Shown here one piece after another: positions 58,277-64,000 of a stretch of DNA of 64,000 nucleotides. The notes below the pieces were generated by a model that worked only from the letters and a program-made list of their open reading frames with translations, did not search any database and was not told the origin of the DNA. Source of the DNA: Candidatus Dormiibacterota bacterium (lineage in GTDB: Bacteria; Chloroflexota; Dormibacteria; Aeolococcales; Aeolococcaceae); NCBI GenBank assembly GCA_963718525.1, contig OY970355.1:832001-896000 (forward strand), written 5' to 3'. Made by a program: the position numbers and the translations under genes. Each line of letters starts with the position of its first letter. The stretch's first letter is position 1.

Positions 58277-59140
58277 GTGTCCGACGGGAGCCTGCTCGCG
58301 GTTGTGGGTGCGGGCGCGATGGGCGGGCAGATCGCGTACCAGGCGGCGCTGCACGGGTACGACGTTCGTCTGATCAGCCGGAGCGAGGATCGGCTCCGCG
58401 CGGCCAGCGCGTCGTCGACGGCGCTGCTCCGGCGCCGCGTCGAGAAGGGCACGCTCGAAGGCGGCGCGTGCGAGGCGGCTCTTGCGCGCGTGACCCTGGG
58501 CTCCGCATTCGAGGCGATCAAGGGCGCGGCGACGATCATCGAGTTGGTCGCCGAGGACCGCGACGCCAAGCGCGAGGTGTATGCGCGGATCTGCGAGCAC
58601 GCCGATGATACTGCCATCATCGGCACAAACTCCTCGACCATGCCCTCGTCGCTGCTCGAGGACGCGGTGACGCACTCCGAGCGTTTCCTCAACATCCACT
58701 TCTTCAACCCCGCGCTGCTGATGGCGCTCGTCGAAGTGGTGCCGGGACCGCACACCGCCGAGGACACGGTCCTCCGTGCCATGGACTTCGCCCGCGCAAT
58801 CGGCAAGACGCCGGTGCGGCTCGCACGTGAGGAATACGGGTTCATCGCGAATCGCATCCTGTTCATCGCGATCCAGGAGGCGATGCGGCTCGTGGAGAAC
58901 GGGTACGTCACCATCCACGACTGCGATCTCGCGGTACGGAACGCCCTGGGATGGCCGATGGGACCGTTCCAGCTGTCGGACCTGATCGGGCTCGACGTCG
59001 TCGAGGCGATCCTCGACGAGGGCTTCCGTCAGACAGGTGATCAGCGCTGGGAACCAGTCGAGCTGCTGCGAGCTCTGGTCGCGAGCGGACGTCTCGGCAG
59101 GAAGACGGGCGAGGGGTTCTTCACCACCTCAGAGTCGTGA
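58277..59140 (+). CDS. 3-hydroxyacyl-CoA dehydrogenase
   Basis: GAGAMG, TNSST, HFFNP, GFIANR, PMGPF.L.D.IGLD, GRKTGEGF. Confidence 0.93.
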   Translation: MSDGSLLAVVGAGAMGGQIAYQAALHGYDVRLISRSEDRLRAASASSTALLRRRVEKGTLEGGACEAALARVTLGSAFEAIKGAATIIELVAEDRDAKREVYARICEHADDTAIIGTNSSTMPSSLLEDAVTHSERFLNIHFFNPALLMALVEVVPGPHTAEDTVLRAMDFARAIGKTPVRLAREEYGFIANRILFIAIQEAMRLVENGYVTIHDCDLAVRNALGWPMGPFQLSDLIGLDVVEAILDEGFRQTGDQRWEPVELLRALVASGRLGRKTGEGFFTTSES

Positions 59141-59632
59141 GAGGAATGGATACGGGTACTGGTTGACCAGCGCGCCGCGAGTGATCGTATAGACGATCCA
59201 CACCAGCGGGAAGGTGAGCCAGAGCAGGCCGTGACGGAGCCGCAACTGCCCCGATGGCGGCGTGACCAGCCAGTCGGCGAGCATCACCAGGGGCATGAGC
59301 TCGTGGACGACTGAGTTCACCCACGGTATCGCCGTGTCGACGTCGGTGTTCGACAGCAGGAGGGTGAACACGATGCCTGTGATGCTCATGTAGACCACGG
59401 CGCTCCCCCGCACCAGGTCGAGTGCCGGTGTGGCCGGGCGATCACGAAGGAGCGCTCCCGCGATCAGCACGCCGGTGGCGATGAGGTTGCTGTCGATCGT
59501 GAAGTAGCTGAAATAGTTGACCGGATTCAGCGTTCCCTTCGACGCGAGGCCGATCAGCTGCACGGCGATGGCCACCAACGTCAAGCCTGCAAAGAACAGG
59601 CGAAAGGCAGCGACCGATGACGCGCGGCTCAC
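59129..59632 (-). CDS. Pr6Pr-family membrane protein, probably C-terminally truncated
   Basis: FSYFTIDSN, ITGIV, H...P...ADW, RG....YPYPFL then immediate stop. Confidence 0.78.
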   Translation of the reverse strand: MSRASSVAAFRLFFAGLTLVAIAVQLIGLASKGTLNPVNYFSYFTIDSNLIATGVLIAGALLRDRPATPALDLVRGSAVVYMSITGIVFTLLLSNTDVDTAIPWVNSVVHELMPLVMLADWLVTPPSGQLRLRHGLLWLTFPLVWIVYTITRGALVNQYPYPFLSRL

Positions 59633-59671
59633 GCGCGGAACCTACTCCCGGCTCGCCCCCGTGGGACGCGG

Positions 59672-60532
59672 TCACCCCAGCCCGAAAGCCTCGAGCACAT
59701 CGGCGACCCCACCCTCCTCCGGGACCGCGCAGGTCGCGTCAGCGGCAGCGAGCACCTCGGGGCGTGACGACGCCACAGCGACTCCGTAGCCTGCAGCCGT
59801 CAGCAGCTCGACATCGTTGGGAGCGTCGCCGATCGCGACTGCCGCGGCGAGCGAGAAGCCGAGCCTCTTGCAGACGATCTCGCACGCAGCCGCCTTGCTG
59901 ATGTCAGCGTCGAGGATCTCGACGAACTCCGGGTTCGACCGCGTGACACGCGCGGTCCCGGCGAGCTCGCGTGTCATCACCGCGATCGCGCGATCCACCT
60001 CGCCGAGGTCTTCGATGACGCATGCGGCCTTCGTCGTCCCGTGCTCGAGCAGCGGTTCGAGGTCCGGAACGAGCCGGAACTGCACGCCGCTGATCCGGCT
60101 GTAGAGCCACGCCTCGGGGCGGTCCTGTTCGCAGAGAAGCTCGTCGTTCTGATACGCCTGGAAGTGCCAGTTCTGTGCGCGAGCCACGTCAAGCGCCTTG
60201 CGCGCCGGTGCCGGTCGGAGCGGCTGCTCGAAGATCGTCTGGCCAGGCGATCCGTCGTCCTGCGGCATCTCTCGGACCAGAGCGCCCTGATAGCAGACCA
60301 GCGGCTCGTGCACCCCGAGCTCCACGGCCCACGGCAGCGAGGACCGATACATCCGCCCGGTGGCGACGATCACCGGTACGTGCGCGGCCACGGATCGAAC
60401 CGCATCGCGGATGCGCGGGTGGAGTCGCTGCCGGTAGTCGATCGTTGTCCCGTCGAGATCGATGACCACGACCCGCGGCACGAATCCGGCAGCCAGGGGC
60501 TGCGATTCGCGGATGTCGGTGATCCGACTCAT
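59672..60532 (-). CDS. Cof-like HAD hydrolase
   Basis: DLDGT, ATGR, SKA, IGDAPND. Confidence 0.92.
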   Translation of the reverse strand: MSRITDIRESQPLAAGFVPRVVVIDLDGTTIDYRQRLHPRIRDAVRSVAAHVPVIVATGRMYRSSLPWAVELGVHEPLVCYQGALVREMPQDDGSPGQTIFEQPLRPAPARKALDVARAQNWHFQAYQNDELLCEQDRPEAWLYSRISGVQFRLVPDLEPLLEHGTTKAACVIEDLGEVDRAIAVMTRELAGTARVTRSNPEFVEILDADISKAAACEIVCKRLGFSLAAAVAIGDAPNDVELLTAAGYGVAVASSRPEVLAAADATCAVPEEGGVADVLEAFGLG

Positions 60533-60780
60533 TCGACAGCGAGCGTGGTGGCGTCGTTGCAAGGCATGAGAGGCGATCTTACGCAGGCGTCAGCGCACGA
60601 ATCCGGGGTACACGGACCGCGATGGCGCGAACCTCTGACATCACCGCGAGAGTTAGAACGCGTGAACGCGCCAATCCGGGGTATGCTCTGAAGGTCTTGC
60701 GTTCGTCTTCTCGCGCGCGGTTTGGTAGACCGCTCGCCGCAAGGCCCCGCCCGGCAGCTCCGGCGCCGGTCGATGAGGCC

Positions 60781-61947
60781 TTGAGTAATGTCATCCCCGA
60801 ACCGGTCAGCTTCGACGAGCTCGCCTTGAGCGTCGCCATGCAGCACACGGTTGCCGAGCTCGGATACACGATGGCCACGCCCATTCAGGCCGGATCGCTG
60901 CCGTTTGCGATGGCGGGGCGGGACGTCATCGGTCAGGCGCAGACCGGGAGCGGCAAGACCGCGGCGTTCGGGATTCCGATCATCGAGCGGCTCGATCCGC
61001 GTGACGGTCCCGTACAGGCGCTCGTGCTCTGTCCCACCCGAGAGCTGGCAGTCCAGGTGCACGACGAGCTGACCAGGCTGGGAAAGCGCCATGAGCTGCG
61101 CAGCGTCGCGATCTACGGCGGCGACTCGATTGGACGTCAGATGGAGGAGCTGCGCCAGGGAGCGCACATCGTCGTCGCGACCCCCGGCCGGCTGGGCGAC
61201 CACATCCAGCGGCGCTCCCTCACCCTTGCAAACGTCCGCGTCTGCGTCCTCGATGAGGCTGACCGCATGCTCGACATGGGATTCGCACCCGATGTCGAAC
61301 GGATCCTCAGGCAATGCCCGCCGCAGCGTCAGACGCTGCTCTTCAGCGCCACGATGCCGGAGTGGGTGCGCAGGCTCGCGCTGCGCCACATGCACGATCC
61401 GGAGACCGTGGAGATCAGCACGAGGCCGGAGATCCCCGCGGAGGTCCGGCAGCTCTACGTGCAGACCACCTGGGCGGACAAGACCGACGCGCTGGCGCAG
61501 ATCCTCGATCAGCCGGACGTGGTGATGGCGCTGATCTTCGTGGAGACCAAACGCACCGCCGACGTACTGCAGGCGCAGCTCGGGGGGCGCGGGTACCAGG
61601 TGGGACTTCTCCACGGCGACCTCACCCAGCGCGAGCGCGATCGCGCGATGCAGCAGTTCCGCGCCACGCACATCAAGTACCTCATCGCGACCAATGTCGC
61701 GGCCCGCGGCCTCGACATCGACGACATCTCGCACGTGATCAACTACGACGTGCCGCTCACCCCGGACGAGTACCTGCATCGCGTGGGTAGGACGGGACGT
61801 GCCGGGCGCGCAGGCGTTGCGGTCACGCTGATCACGCCCAGCGAGATCCTCAAGCTGCGCGACGTCGAGAAGCACGCGCGAACGCACATCGAGCCGGCGA
61901 CGCTCGCCGTGGATTTCCCCGCGGTGGTGGTCGCCGCCCAGGCCTGA
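60781..61947 (+). CDS. DEAD-box RNA helicase (core only)
   Basis: TPIQ, AQTGSGKT, PTRELA, TPGR, DEAD, SAT, ARGLD, HRVGRTGR; start approximate. Confidence 0.95.
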   Translation: MSNVIPEPVSFDELALSVAMQHTVAELGYTMATPIQAGSLPFAMAGRDVIGQAQTGSGKTAAFGIPIIERLDPRDGPVQALVLCPTRELAVQVHDELTRLGKRHELRSVAIYGGDSIGRQMEELRQGAHIVVATPGRLGDHIQRRSLTLANVRVCVLDEADRMLDMGFAPDVERILRQCPPQRQTLLFSATMPEWVRRLALRHMHDPETVEISTRPEIPAEVRQLYVQTTWADKTDALAQILDQPDVVMALIFVETKRTADVLQAQLGGRGYQVGLLHGDLTQRERDRAMQQFRATHIKYLIATNVAARGLDIDDISHVINYDVPLTPDEYLHRVGRTGRAGRAGVAVTLITPSEILKLRDVEKHARTHIEPATLAVDFPAVVVAAQA

Positions 61948-61963
61948 GCCCGCGAGGACCAAA

Positions 61964-62743
61964 TTGCTGCCGGCCATCCACGACACTGGAAGTGGCGAGG
62001 CGGTGCTCTTCCTGCACGCGTTCACCATGGATGCGTCGCAGTGGGATCACCAGGTCGCAGCACTTTCAGGTGAATTGCGCTGCGTACGCCTCGACCTATG
62101 GGGCTGCGGCGCCTCGCCGGCGCCTCCGACCGGAGTGCCCACGCTCGATGGTTTCGCCGCCGCTGTGCTGGCCGCGCTCAACTCGCGCAACATCGACCGC
62201 GTCGCCGTGGTCGGACTCTCGATGGGAGGCTACCTCGCGTTCGCGCTCTGGCGGCTGGCGCCCGAGCGGATCCGCGCGCTGGTGCTCTGCAACACACGCG
62301 CGACCGCCGACGCCGAAGCACCCCGAAACGACCGCCTGACCATGGCCGATCAGGTGGAACGTGAAGGGTCGGTGGAGTCGATCGTCGAGCCGATGGTTGC
62401 GCGGCTCTTGAGTCCAAGAGCGCAGGCCGAGGCCCATATCGTCGAGCCGGTGCGGGGTCGCGTCCGGCGGTGCACGCCCGCCGGGATCGCGTTCGCGCAA
62501 CGCGCGATGGCCGCCCGGCCCGACAGCAGCGCACTGCTCGCCTCCATCAACGTCCCGACCCTGGTGATCGCCGGAACCCACGACGCGATCATCCCGGTCA
62601 GCGAGGTTCAGGCCATGGCTGACAGTATCCCGGGGGCCCGATGGGTTGCCCTCGATTCCGGCCATCTGAGCAATCTCGAGCTTCCCCGTGCCGTCAACGA
62701 GCAGCTCGCGGCCTTCCTCATTCCGGCGACAATGGCGCCGTGA
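61964..62743 (+). CDS. Alpha/beta hydrolase
   Basis: LHAF, GLSMGG, G..D, GHLSNLE. Confidence 0.9.
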   Translation: MLPAIHDTGSGEAVLFLHAFTMDASQWDHQVAALSGELRCVRLDLWGCGASPAPPTGVPTLDGFAAAVLAALNSRNIDRVAVVGLSMGGYLAFALWRLAPERIRALVLCNTRATADAEAPRNDRLTMADQVEREGSVESIVEPMVARLLSPRAQAEAHIVEPVRGRVRRCTPAGIAFAQRAMAARPDSSALLASINVPTLVIAGTHDAIIPVSEVQAMADSIPGARWVALDSGHLSNLELPRAVNEQLAAFLIPATMAP

Positions 62744-62934
62744 GTCAGCTTCCCAAGGATCTCCTCGAGATCATGGCCTGTCCGCGCTGCCGGGGACCGC
62801 TGGCCGTCGAGCCGGAATCGCTTCGCTGCGACGCCTGCATGCTCCGCTACCGCGTCGACAACGGCATCCCCGTGATGCTGATCCACGAGGCCGAGCATTT
62901 CGGCCCCGACGCGCAGGCCCCGCCGGCCGGCTAG
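62740..62934 (+). CDS. Trm112/YcaR family protein
   Basis: LLEIMACPRCRGPL..C..C...Y...GIPVML..EA. Confidence 0.9.
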   Translation: MSQLPKDLLEIMACPRCRGPLAVEPESLRCDACMLRYRVDNGIPVMLIHEAEHFGPDAQAPPAG

Positions 62935-62940
62935 ATCGGG

Positions 62941-64000
<1,060 letters not shown>

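Overview
High-GC (roughly 68-70% by eye) bacterial chromosome segment, densely coding, about 63 CDSs. I recognised no rRNA, tRNA, CRISPR array, transposase, integrase or phage genes. Gene content and style suggest a Terrabacteria lineage such as Chloroflexota or Ca. Dormibacterota (inference only). Housekeeping content: guaB3-guaA-purD-purE, gdhA, ltaE, metH, hom-thrC-thrB-lysC-ychF, tldD/tldE, cca-rplI-dnaB, fumC, a DEAD-box helicase, a moeB-like gene, two-component and c-di-GMP signalling genes, and envelope glycosylation genes. The most unusual signals are: (1) a pyruvate-carboxylase-B-like protein whose carboxyltransferase metal and substrate ligands are mostly replaced while its biotinyl domain and the adjacent biotin carboxylase are intact, next to purE with no purK in the window; (2) NrdR-box-like palindromes at non-RNR loci, including a 32-bp-spaced tandem upstream of the purine operon; (3) a promoter-driven, structured ~180-nt candidate RNA ahead of a Get3/ArsA-HSP20 cluster containing a tail-anchored protein, an IXI-motif small protein and a site-2 protease; (4) a histone-H1-like pentapeptide-repeat protein with an SD/anti-SD leader; (5) a tandem Sm/Hfq-like protein; (6) an LprG-P55-like lipoprotein/MFS pair with a probable ATC start. 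All family calls come from motif recognition by eye; no database searches were run.
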